Shown here one piece after another: positions 50,201-60,200 of a stretch of DNA of 64,000 nucleotides. The stretch comes from Macrostomum hystrix (Eukaryota > Animalia > Platyhelminthes), in contig CATNEN010000003.1 of NCBI GenBank assembly GCA_950097015.1, forward strand, positions 7,440,001 to 7,504,000, written 5' to 3'. A program made the translations under genes and the position numbers. Under the pieces are notes generated by a model. That model made no database searches, was not told the origin of the DNA, and worked only from the letters and a program-made list of their open reading frames with translations. Position 1 is the stretch's first letter; every line of letters starts with the position of its first letter.

Positions 50201-53200
50201 GCTCAAGTGCAGCGTGTCCTGTTGAACGTCCCAGGAGATGCCAAGGCACTGAACGGAGGGACTTGAGATTCGGTCCTCCCCAGGGAGCTCCTTCAGAGCG
50301 TCGGAGTCATTGGCAGCGAACTCCCGCAGATGAAATCCGGCAGACTTGAACAGCGAGCGAAGGCCCTTGATCAGGCGAGGGCCTGTCCCTTTGTCGTCGT
50401 AGCCCTGCACCAAGTTGTCCACGTACAGGCCCGATGGAATCGACTCCACCTCATTGTCTGTGAGACCGAAGTTGCAGGATTGGGAGGCGTCCAGACAGAG
50501 CTTGTGAATGATGGCGAGAAGGATCCATGGAGACGGGCTGGCTCCCATCACGACTCTGGTAAACCGCCATAGTTGGAAGTTATCCTGGGTCAGTGGCTTG
50601 CTGATGTCTTTCGGCAGAATGATGCGGAGCGCGTCACGACAGCTAGGGTGGACGGCGATTTGATAGAAGGCGGACTGCAGGTCGCTGATGCAGGCATACC
50701 GGAAGATGCGGAGACGTAGTTGCACTTGCAGGAGGCTTGTGAGTAAGTTAGGCCCGGTTTCCAGCAGGTCGTTGAGGGAGCGGCCACCAAGTGATGTGGG
50801 AGCGGAAGCATCCACTACTGGCCGGATCTTGGTGGTGTTGGACGACTCCTTGACGACTGGAAAGTGTGGGAGCACGTGTACTATGGACCCTGCAGGCTTG
50901 CCTCCGTCCACGATCTCAATAACACCTTCCTCTTTTCTCTTCTTGAACTCTGCGTAGTATTGCTCGCGTTGGGCCAGCGTCAGTCTGCGGTGGGTCGCTT
51001 GAGCGCGTCCAAAGGCTTGGCTGAAGTTGGTGGGTAGCTGCTCTGCCTCAGGCTTGAAGGGCAGGGCGACGGAGAAGCGTCCATCTGGCTGGCGAGTGAC
51101 GCTCTCGAGAAGGCGGATGGTGAGCGCGTCATCCTGAAGGTTTACTCGCCCCACATCCTTCTGCAGGCCAAGGATCTCAAGGCTGGTCATCCGGTCTACC
51201 AGCTGTTCCAGGTTCATCGGATGGCTATTACAGAGCAGAGTGTTGCCGATGACGCGAGGGTGGCTGTTGCCGCTGTGATGCTCGTCGTCTCCGAGGGAGC
51301 CGCTCAGTATGGCGCCGAACGGGGTGAGGTGGGCCGTGAGCCTGGGCCGCAGCGGGATGGCGCCGATGCTGGGTCCGATCAGCAGCTGGGCGTAGTCGTT
51401 GCCGATGAGCAGGTCGAGATGTACCTCTTCGTCTCTGGCAGGAGGTAAGTTGGCGATACCATACGGAACGTGAGCGAGGCTAGCCTGGACGTCCCTGGGC
51501 AGTTTCGTAGCTGGTACGTGGATAGCTGGAGCGATCTTCTCCACGCAGAGTACCTTCAATGGCATGCGGCGGCCGTCGGCCGCAGCGAGCTCAAGTCGGA
51601 CAATGTCGGCATGGATGCGACGGCGGGTGTCGGCGTGGCAAGCGGAGCTGTCGAGGCTCAGCCTAGCGAGCGACTTGAGACCGAGGCGTTGAGCAATGTC
51701 ATTGTTGAGGTACGTGTAGCTGCAGCCGCCGTCGATGAGGGCTGTCACCTTGACAGAGGCACCGTTGACGGGGTTGACGGCAGCTGTGGCGAAGGTGGCC
51801 ATGATGGTGGAGCTCAACTGTTGGTCCTGGGTTGAGGAGATGCAGGAGATGGCATTGACAGGCGCACTTTCGGAATCGGCTATGGCAGTCGTGCCGCTGG
51901 AGGCGTTGAGGTGTGAGTTAGTTTTGGACTGTCGCGTAGACACAGTCTTGTGAGCTGGCTTAGTCTCCAGGGTGCTGGCACCGTGCAGGGAAGTGTGGTG
52001 TTTGGCCTTGCACTCCTGGCAGCGAAAGCGCGAGGGGCAGTTGCGAACCTCGTGCGCTCGCAGGCAGTTGAAGCAGAGTTTCTTGCGTCGGACGATGTCC
52101 AGTCGCTCATCTGGCTTGACCACGCGACCACAGTGGGAGGCAGCGTGAGTGTCGCTGTCGCAGAAAACGCAATTGGCGTCGCGTCGGCGAGTTAGTCGAC
52201 TGTTGTTGTCGCGAGCTGGAGGGTCCCAGCTAGGTCTGGAGTTGCGTTGCTCTGTTTTGAAGATGTCTTTGGTATGGCAAGCTGCGTTGACGAGACTAGC
52301 ACCGGCGTACGGGATCGCTGCAGGCTCGGCAGTGGCAATGGAGGCTCGGAGCGCTCGCAGCTTGGTGTCGAGGTGGTCCTGTAGCTCGGCCATGGTGGGC
52401 ATGGGTGTCTTGGAACCCTTGATGCGCGCCTCTTGGATATCCATCTGCATGGCGCTCGGTAGCTTGGGCCACAAGGCGAAAGCGTAGGCGTCCATGGCGG
52501 CTGCCGGCTCGTTTAGTCGACTGAGTTGTCCGATGGTGAGACGGAGAACGTCGGCGAAGTCCTCCAGGCTCTCGTACTCGATGCTACGCAGACGCGGCAT
52601 GGCGAGGAGACGACGGTAGCAGACGCTCTTCTGCTCTTGCAGGTCGCCATAGTTGAGCTCGAGGATGCGACGGGCCTCCTTGTACGCACCGGGCTGGCAG
52701 GCGTCGAGGCCACCGAGCTTCTTGAGCGCAGCATCTTTGAGAAGGCCTCGTAGGGTCTCGAACTTGTCTACATCCGAGTAACTGGTGCTGTCGACTCGGT
52801 AGTTGAAGGAGCTCCAGAAGGCTGGGAAGCTGGCGGGGTCGCTGCCGTCGAACGTTTGGAGCTGGACGTTGCGAAGGACGCTGTCGCCCGAGAAGTTGGG
52901 TCGTGGAGCCGGTTGGGTTGGAACGGATGAGTTGGAAGGCTGGCACGCTTGGGCCTGGACCTGCAGCAGGATCTGCTGGTTCTGTTGCATCATCTGTGTC
53001 AAGCTGTAGAGGAGCTGCTGCATGCAGTCCTGAGAGACAGCGGGCGCTGCGCCGGGTGCGTAGGATGGGCTGGACCGTGGGAAGAAGCCAGGCTGTGCGG
53101 GCGCGGCTGCGGGATCTGTAGTAGTGGGCCGCGGAGTGGCACAGGCAGAATGGGAGGCTGGCTGTGCTGATGTAGTCGCAGGGTTGGCGCTGTTGCGTCG

Positions 53201-53975
53201 CTGGCTGCCGCCGTCGTTGTTCACGTGGCCTGGGTCGCGGGCTTCTGGTGTGGAGGCGCTCTCCACTCCCTCCTCAGAGCCGGAGGCCCGGATGCCGTGC
53301 TGGAGGCCGCTACGTTTGAAGTGCGTTGGACGCTTGTCGCGAAGGTCCACCTGCATGAGTCCCTGGGCTGTCAGCTGCTCGTAGAGCGAGGGCGCTGAGT
53401 AGCCGTCCGAGGAGGGACAGAGAGGGCATTTGTAGACGGGCTGCGGGCCGGCTGAGTCCAAGGCCTCGTTGAGTCGAGAGAGGAGAAGGTCGAACACCGC
53501 CTTACTGGCCGATCCTTTAGGAGAGAAGGCTGAGTCAGCGAAACGGCGACATATGACGGTATGGCAGTACTGGCAGCGCAGCTTTTCCTTGCTGTGCTGT
53601 TGAGCTAGGCATGTCTCAGAGCACGTGGCGGTCGTGCTAACGAATGCGCATAGGCTGGACATGTTTGTGGATCACAGGCGGGCACGTAGGCAGGCTTGTA
53701 AACCACGCTCTGCTACCAAATTGTCAGGCAGTGACAATAATATAAACGGATATGCTGCTGCCGCTGTGGTAAGGTAGAAAGTTTCTCTTTTGGGGCAAAG
53801 CCCCGCGCTTGCTTTATTGATAATACGAGTTATAGAGTACAGTGGAAGCTTGGAGGTTGTCTATGGTTCAAACGTAGTGAACGAGAATTGGGGCAGACTA
53901 ATGCAAATGAATATATAAGAATATATGAAGATTGCGTACTTTGTAATAGCATATGGAGGATTCGGGAATCCGACA
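47215..53975 (-). mobile_element. Intact BEL/Pao LTR retrotransposon; LTRs 53722-53975 and 47215-47468
   Basis: 254-bp LTRs that appear identical (TG..CA); 5-bp TSD AGGGT; PBS TGGTAGCAGAGCGTGGTT (tRNA-iMet) at 53701-53718. Confidence 0.97.
47636..53662 (-). CDS. BEL/Pao Gag-Pol polyprotein (2008 aa)
   Basis: Gag with three Cys/His knuckles, protease LIDGG, RT YVDN, RNase H FSDGS, integrase VDQLGP/FDQAT/GAVERLV, C-terminal FWERWRREY. Confidence 0.95.
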   Translation of the reverse strand: MSSLCAFVSTTATCSETCLAQQHSKEKLRCQYCHTVICRRFADSAFSPKGSASKAVFDLLLSRLNEALDSAGPQPVYKCPLCPSSDGYSAPSLYEQLTAQGLMQVDLRDKRPTHFKRSGLQHGIRASGSEEGVESASTPEARDPGHVNNDGGSQRRNSANPATTSAQPASHSACATPRPTTTDPAAAPAQPGFFPRSSPSYAPGAAPAVSQDCMQQLLYSLTQMMQQNQQILLQVQAQACQPSNSSVPTQPAPRPNFSGDSVLRNVQLQTFDGSDPASFPAFWSSFNYRVDSTSYSDVDKFETLRGLLKDAALKKLGGLDACQPGAYKEARRILELNYGDLQEQKSVCYRRLLAMPRLRSIEYESLEDFADVLRLTIGQLSRLNEPAAAMDAYAFALWPKLPSAMQMDIQEARIKGSKTPMPTMAELQDHLDTKLRALRASIATAEPAAIPYAGASLVNAACHTKDIFKTEQRNSRPSWDPPARDNNSRLTRRRDANCVFCDSDTHAASHCGRVVKPDERLDIVRRKKLCFNCLRAHEVRNCPSRFRCQECKAKHHTSLHGASTLETKPAHKTVSTRQSKTNSHLNASSGTTAIADSESAPVNAISCISSTQDQQLSSTIMATFATAAVNPVNGASVKVTALIDGGCSYTYLNNDIAQRLGLKSLARLSLDSSACHADTRRRIHADIVRLELAAADGRRMPLKVLCVEKIAPAIHVPATKLPRDVQASLAHVPYGIANLPPARDEEVHLDLLIGNDYAQLLIGPSIGAIPLRPRLTAHLTPFGAILSGSLGDDEHHSGNSHPRVIGNTLLCNSHPMNLEQLVDRMTSLEILGLQKDVGRVNLQDDALTIRLLESVTRQPDGRFSVALPFKPEAEQLPTNFSQAFGRAQATHRRLTLAQREQYYAEFKKRKEEGVIEIVDGGKPAGSIVHVLPHFPVVKESSNTTKIRPVVDASAPTSLGGRSLNDLLETGPNLLTSLLQVQLRLRIFRYACISDLQSAFYQIAVHPSCRDALRIILPKDISKPLTQDNFQLWRFTRVVMGASPSPWILLAIIHKLCLDASQSCNFGLTDNEVESIPSGLYVDNLVQGYDDKGTGPRLIKGLRSLFKSAGFHLREFAANDSDALKELPGEDRISSPSVQCLGISWDVQQDTLHLSKPEIPADSALTRSSLLSAISKPYDPFGCAAPLLLAGRLLYNAAFDSGDPWDKPADSDTIKAWSKLREDFIQIDRIAIPRRCIEDRTKPCRLVIFSDGSPQAYGFAIYLQQELNGRTISNLIHAKARLVPARKKGMYITVPRIELWAALIANRTASIVRDILTPAVNIVGITHYIDSQIVLYWLQNGTKLRPYEGRRVQEIRDSDLTSDRRYVPTKENPADYCTKPLDLAHLLSSNFLKGPSFLELPFDAWPSWTPPAVDVSLLKNTPSATVKHTQSNNLLAFAAKISMTPPAGMDITRYGRLSTLLGATAYVIRFATHSKAKGIPNTSEREAALLLWVKYVQELHHPKTLAAFRSNNPKACKLIHQLDLFEDHDGLLRLGSRMANATLSVDALHPFLLPPDSRLSHLLILHIHQQETHAAASTVLSLRERFWVPRGLSTVRAALRHCLDCRSSKAPTLPRPPHGQLPSERLDSSQPAFSSILVDQLGPIHTFDSKTLIVVKRWALVICCAASRAVHLEYLYDYSADAVLHAFERFWARRGLTEGTIFFDQATAFQAAARVVDGLLAPAFQHKLYQDLQPFAAFRKLRFRFAPVRSPWHQGAVERLVGLTKASLRPALWRRRITDDELRTLLCKVEAVLNSRPLTALSSDPKDPRPLTPADIVAPSPRLDLPASTDHFIPAPGQPPAEWLRALYRRREQIIDSFWERWRREYIQHLRSTHLQERRRTGCAPEGPRVGQLMLLADTTPRSCWKTCRVLAVHPDSAGVVRYVTVITSTGHESQRAISHLVPLEADMAPTCTSENDGAGSKDQQPLTPPHVRDNTMSTVGATAPTMASARELRAQRRQQVRDALFNIA

Positions 53976-54251
53976 AGGGTTCTTCACCAAGGCGGCTCCA
54001 GAATTTTGTCTTGGCCTACTAGTTACCTATTATATGGTATAGAAAAAACCTCTTTAACATATATAAGCATTCCTAGGTACAGCAACTGTATGCCTTACTC
54101 TTGAAGATGTAGTGTACGCCGGATTCCTCTGGCATACACCATGGCTTAGGACAATTTGGCGTACAGTTTCTGGGATACAAAAACTCTGAAAAAATGTTAT
54201 GGCGTACAAAGTAACAACTGGACAAATTCAACTTTAATTGGCATACAGTAT

Positions 54252-55506
54252 CATAAATGCAAAACCTCCCAAATCTTAGCTGGCCGTGCGACTTAGTTTT
54301 TGCTCTCATTTGTGACTTACGAGGTGCATTCAAAAAGTTCTTTTCGGTGCTCAGCAAAAATTAACAAAAAACGTATGAAACAATGAAAACATGGTTAGGT
54401 CATTCAATGTCATTCGGTCACTCAACATATTCACCGCCAATGTCCTTGCACTTCTGCCTGCGATGCACCAGACCTCTGATTCCAGTACCCACGCCTATCG
54501 CGTCCGTTTCACGCACCGCACCTTGGCAAACAGCTTTGATGTGCTCGACGCTGTCGAATTGAATGCCCCGAAGGTGCTTCTTCACAGATGGGAATAGGAA
54601 GAAGTCACAGGGTGACAAATCGGGCGAGTAGGGCGGACGACAGAAAATTCTCTCCTTCTCGCTGGAAACGGCGCAGGTGGTTGGTGGCGGCCAGAGCACG
54701 TTGCATCTTCTGCTCACCTGTCAGCAGGTGTGGCACCCACTTGCTGAATTTCTTCTGCAGGTTGAGACGCTCTGTCAGAATGGTGTGCACACTGCCAACT
54801 GACACTCCGACATCTTCTGACAGCTCTTCGCAAGTCAGTCGCCGATCATCATCCAGGAGCTCCTGCACTTTCTTCACCACGGTCTCGTTGGTGGCAGTCA
54901 TCGGTCTTCCAGAGCGGTCGTTGTCCTCGACGCTCTCTCTGCCTTCAGCGAACAACCGGAACCACTTTCGAACAGTCTGTTCAGTTGGTGCACTGTCACC
55001 AAACACTTGCTGAAGCTTTCTAAACATCTCCGGAGGTTTCTTTCCTTGCAGGAATTGGAACTTCATCAAGCTCCGAACGTCTTGCTTTGAAAAAGATTCT
55101 GCCATGGCCAAGAAATAGAAGGGTAGCTTAAAAAATTGCTTGTAGCTCAGACACATTCACCAGCTAAGGCTTAGAAACTCAGGAAGGTTTAGGCCATAAA
55201 CTTAACTTGCAGCATTCGAAAAAATTTTGTTCTGTGTGTCATTTACAAAACAATGCCAAAGGACCGAAAAGAACTTTTTGAATGCACCTCGTAGTTCATT
55301 TCATTGCTCTATTTATAACTTAGTTTGCTCTCATTTGCTCTCGTTTTCTCTCCACTTTTTCCTTTTTTTCACGCCTTTCTTTTTTGTCCCTTGGTCTGCC
55401 CTTTGATTTTTTTGCGCTTGGTTGATTGGTTTTTGCCACTTACCTTGCTTGGCCCTCGTTTCATCCCACTGGTTCAGCCGGGTCGGCCAGGTGTTGGGCA
55501 TGTATG
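54252..55506. mobile_element. MITE family A copy 3, split by a mariner
   Basis: TSD TACAGTAT at 54244-54251 and 55507-55514; body matches 14813-15093. Confidence 0.85.
54320..55291 (-). mobile_element. Internally deleted mariner transposon
   Basis: TIR CGAGGTGCATTCAAAAAGTTCTTTTCGGT, TA TSD; WVPHLL and YSPDLSPCDFFLFP present, the first two catalytic Asp regions missing. Confidence 0.92.
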
Positions 55507-57232
55507 TACAGTATAAAAGCCAAACAAAATGTAACTTGTAAGATAACATAAGAAATTATAATTTTTTATATTTTCTCAGCTCACAAATATATCTTAGTTT
55601 GTTTTGTAATAAAAAAACAATAAAAAAAAATGCCAGCAAATAAAATTTAATGATTATTACATAGTTTGCTGAAGTGAATTTGTTTCTTTTGTTTTACCTT
55701 TATCATGCAAATTGCTTTGATCAAAACACATTGATCTATATCATACATTTTTGTAATTTTTGTCACAGCAACAACAGTGCTAGAAAGTTAATGAAGAAAT
55801 TCTCAGTTGACTGCTTTTTGCGAACAATTATTTTGTGCTGAAAACCATTGGCGTACAACGGCGTACATTACATTTTATTTTACTTTCTGCCTCTGGCATA
55901 CACATAGCATGATCGAGACTATGGACTGTATGGTTGTTGCTCACTTGCTAGTAGTCACCAAATATTCAACATCAATATCTAGCCAATTGATCTCTCAAGA
56001 TAGTCTTGCTTAGCAACACAGCCTCACTAGTTATCTTAAAAAAATTAGTTAGGCTTAGTTTGGGCTACAGTTCTTAAGCCAAGTACAATGGTGCACAAGG
56101 GAGTGTTTGACAGCATTAAACTTAGTCATCATTGTTGTCTTACTTTACGATGAGAGCAAGAAGCCAAATTAGAAGCTTCAATAAGATCCCTATGTTGCAT
56201 AGGTCTATTTAATGTGAGATAGTAGTCAGATATTATTTATTGAGGCTTGAGTCAAATCTATTGTGGTATAAAATTAGTGAATTGAATTGTAGCTAGCATC
56301 CCACTTACACAAATATGCCACATTATAATCTCTTAGCAATTGCTCTTGCATTAGCAACTCTATAGGTTTCAGGGTCCCTAGGGGGCATTTCCTTGGGTTC
56401 CCCTATTAACAAACAATTGTGCCAGTCACAATGTTGTTATTATGTTAATATTAATATTTTTGTAACAAAATATGTATTGCATATTTTAGGTAATAAGCAG
56501 TTTCTTTGTCTCTAAAAGTCAATTCAAAGTTGTAGTATTTGTACATAATGTATGCATGTGTACCTCAAAACTAGTAGCTATTATAGCAAAGTCATGGAAT
56601 TACATGTGTAATTGTACTGAGTTGACTATAGGTAAATTGATAATAATTTGATTCAGTCAAGTATTGTTGTCAAAGTCAAATAAAACTAGGGGCCTATTTA
56701 TGTCCTATACTTGATGGAATTTTAGGATAACTATAGGCCAGCTACACATTGTAGAACAAAACATGCAAGTATGTGTGTGTTGAACTAATTGGGACCTATA
56801 TATTTAGAGTTTTAATCTGTTAGGTTATTTGATTGGCTTAGGCAAAAATTTCATTTATGCTTTATATTTTAAGTTTATTTATATTTGTGAAAATTACCTA
56901 GTAAAATGATATAAAATGTTTTTTAGTTTGCTAGTTATTACAACCATGCCAAGTGTATTGTGCTATGCAAATGCTATGTTGGAAAAGTTAACCGGAAGCT
57001 AAAAGCCTTGCACAAAAAAATTAATGTGAGCATTTTAACAAAAGAGCCTTATTTCTAAAGAAACATATTAATCCAAAAATATTCACACTGTACTAAAATG
57101 AAAAATGCAAAAAAACTCAAATTTTTAAACAAGTATTTCAAGCATAAGATTTTGATGTAAAAATATTCCACAAAATTATTTATTTCAGAACAGCGTGTGG
57201 CATTTCACATATAGCTCGCCAAGCGAAGCAGC

Positions 57233-60200
57233 ATGTTTGATGATCAGTGGGAGCGCGTGTTTCCTGTGAATCACAAAACTGTGATAGTGATTGATCACAG
57301 TCGCTCATTCAGCAAGTCTAGCAATGAAATGTTCAATTTAGACGGCATTGGCGGCAGTAAACACGCGGCTGCTGGCAATCGTATACCAATATTTGCTAAA
57401 ACTCTGTGGACATGTGCAGTGGAAGCTGTACTAGAGTACTGTCGCATCATTTTAGATTTGTTTCCTTGCGATGAGAAAGTGTTCTCATTGGTATCAGCCG
57501 ACGATGAAGCTCGAGTTTTGACAGCCTGGTTCAGCGAGGATCAGGTAAATTCTAGACGCTAATTGATTAGGTCTTCTTAGGTTTCTGACAGATCGACAAT
57601 TGATGTGAGAAATGAGAGAGTAGAGTTAGGACGAGGGAAATGTTAGACAGCGAGATTTGAGACAAGGAAATGTTAGACAGCGAGATCTGAGACAAAGAAA
57701 TGTTAGACAGCGAGATTTGAGACAAGGAAATGTTAGACTGGGTGAGTTGAGACGAGGAAATGTTAGACTGGGTGAGTTGAGACAAGGAAATGTTAGACTG
57801 GGTGATTTGAGACAAGGAAATGTTAGACTGGGTGAGTTGAGACAAGGAAATGTTAGACTGGGTGATTTGAGACGAGGAAATGTTAGACTGGGTGAGTTGA
57901 GACGAGGAAATGTTAGACTGGGTGAGTTGAGACGAGGAAATGTTAGACTGGGTGAGTTGAGACGAGGAAATGTTAGACTGGGTGAGTTGAGACGAGGAAA
58001 TGTTAGATAAGAGAGTTCAGCCGAAAGTCATGTATGCAAATATATCTAAATGTACATATATGCATACATATAATATATATACATATGTACGTAAATATAG
58101 AACTGTATAATTCTCGTTTGTTTTTATTAGGTGTACGATCAGCTTTTGAAAGTGTTTCGCGATGAAGGCCCGCCAGCCAATACGCAGCTGAGTTTAAACG
58201 GCGCCATAACTGAGTGCCTGACAATGCTGCTGTATTTAACTTCTAAGCAGGCCGCTCTACTTGGAAAACCGGATCAGCTAAGGAATCGAGCTCGCGTTCT
58301 ATTTCTGACTAATTTCGAGTCGGACGAAGCTGTTAACGATTTCGCGTTGAGCTTTGTTAAAGAGATCAAAGCTAGGAATGCTGGAAAATTGGCTAACGAT
58401 TATACAGAGTTTCAGGTAAGTCTGAACAGTAGAAATAACACAGGGGATTTAAAATACTCACTGCCAACTAAACGATAGCTCCCAAACCGAATGACTCATT
58501 TTGATAACTAAAAATTCGTTTTTACGATTAACTTTCAAAGCCATCCAAATCAGCATAGGCGAGACATTGTTAGATAGGCGAGACATTATTAGATAGGCGA
58601 GACATTATTAGATAGGCGAGACATTATTAGATAGGCGAGACATTATTAGATAGGCGAGACATTATTAGAAAGGCGAGACATTATTAGATAGGCGAGATAT
58701 TATTAGATAGGCGAGACATTATTAGAAAGGCGAGACATTATTAGATAGGCGAGACATTATTAGATAGGCGAGACATTATTAGATAGGTGAGACAGCGATT
58801 CTTATCGAAGAGCCTTGTTACAAGGGCAACTTACATTGCTCTGTTAAAACCAAAGCCTATACAAAAAAATTTTGGTTTTTGTTCCACAAGACACCCCGAC
58901 GACAATAATGTTGCTTTGTGATTCTGGAAGTTGTCTCATCGGTTAGAGCGGAAAATTTTAATCCGTGTTCTAGATATTCTATTGTACACAACTCCATTTG
59001 TTTAACTCTTAAATCCATACAGGTGCATCACTGTCACCTGGTTGTCATGTGCGTCAGGCCGTTGGGAGCCGAGTCTAAAGTCACTGAGCGCGACAGTGTC
59101 CGTATTGGCGACCTGCTGCGCTTGTCTGTACACAACTGTCCAGCTGGGGAAGACCTGGCCAAGGGCCTGATCAATCTGACCCGATTGCACTACGGCTTGG
59201 CTTCCACCTGCGTGCAGGACATTCCAATGAAGGAAGAGTCCCCGGCGGCCGGACAGCAACAGTCCAATCGAAACTACGATGTAGAATTATTGCACGAAGC
59301 GTCTGCCCACGCTGATTTTATTGCTATGGGCAGTTTTTCGTCTATGGCATTAACTGGCGACCACCTGATCTTTCCAGAGAGTGTCGGACTCAAATGGTTG
59401 ACGCCTAAGAACCAATCGGTGAGATTCTACTTTAGAACATCTCCTTGAGTTTCTAGTTGAAACGCAGACTCAAAAGTTCTACTTCTGAATTGTAAGAAAA
59501 ATCTCTTCGTATTAGGTTTCTAATAGTAACATTTTTTATGTTAATCTCACGATGTGATAACTGAGGCTTTATCGAAAACCTCGCTGGAAGATTATTGCAT
59601 TTTTCTGCCTAATTTCTTGATGAAATTCTTGGATTCCATTTCTAAAGAATCTCACGGTGAGATTCATTCTGTTTCTAGCAAATCTCTCCGTGAGATTCAT
59701 TCTATTTCTAACAAATCTCACGGTGAGATTGATTATATTTGTAACAAATCTCTCGGTGAGATTGATTCTATTTCTTAGAAAACTCTCGGTGAGATTGATT
59801 CAATTTCTAACAAATCTCACGGTGAGATTGATTATATTTGTAACAAATCTCTCGGTGAGATTGATTCTATTTCTTAGAAAACTCTCGGTGAGATTGATTC
59901 AATTTCTAACAAATCTCACGGTGAGATTCATTCTATTTCTAATAAATCTCACAGTGAGATTCATTCTATTTCTAACAAATCTCACAGTGAGATTCATTAT
60001 ATTTCTAACAAATCTCTCGGTAAGATTCATTCTATTTCTAACAAATCTCTCGGTGAGATTCATGATATTTCTAACAAATCTCACAGTGAGATTCATGATA
60101 TTTCTAACAAATCTCACAGTGAGATTCATGATATTTCTAACAAATCTCACAGTGAGATTCATGATATTTCTAACAAATCTCTCGGTGAAATTGAATGTAT

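Noticed and set aside
47846-53384. Short antisense or alternative-frame ORFs over the BEL polyprotein (likewise over the mariners and RPL13A)
   Set aside because: Shadow ORFs of GC-rich coding sequence.
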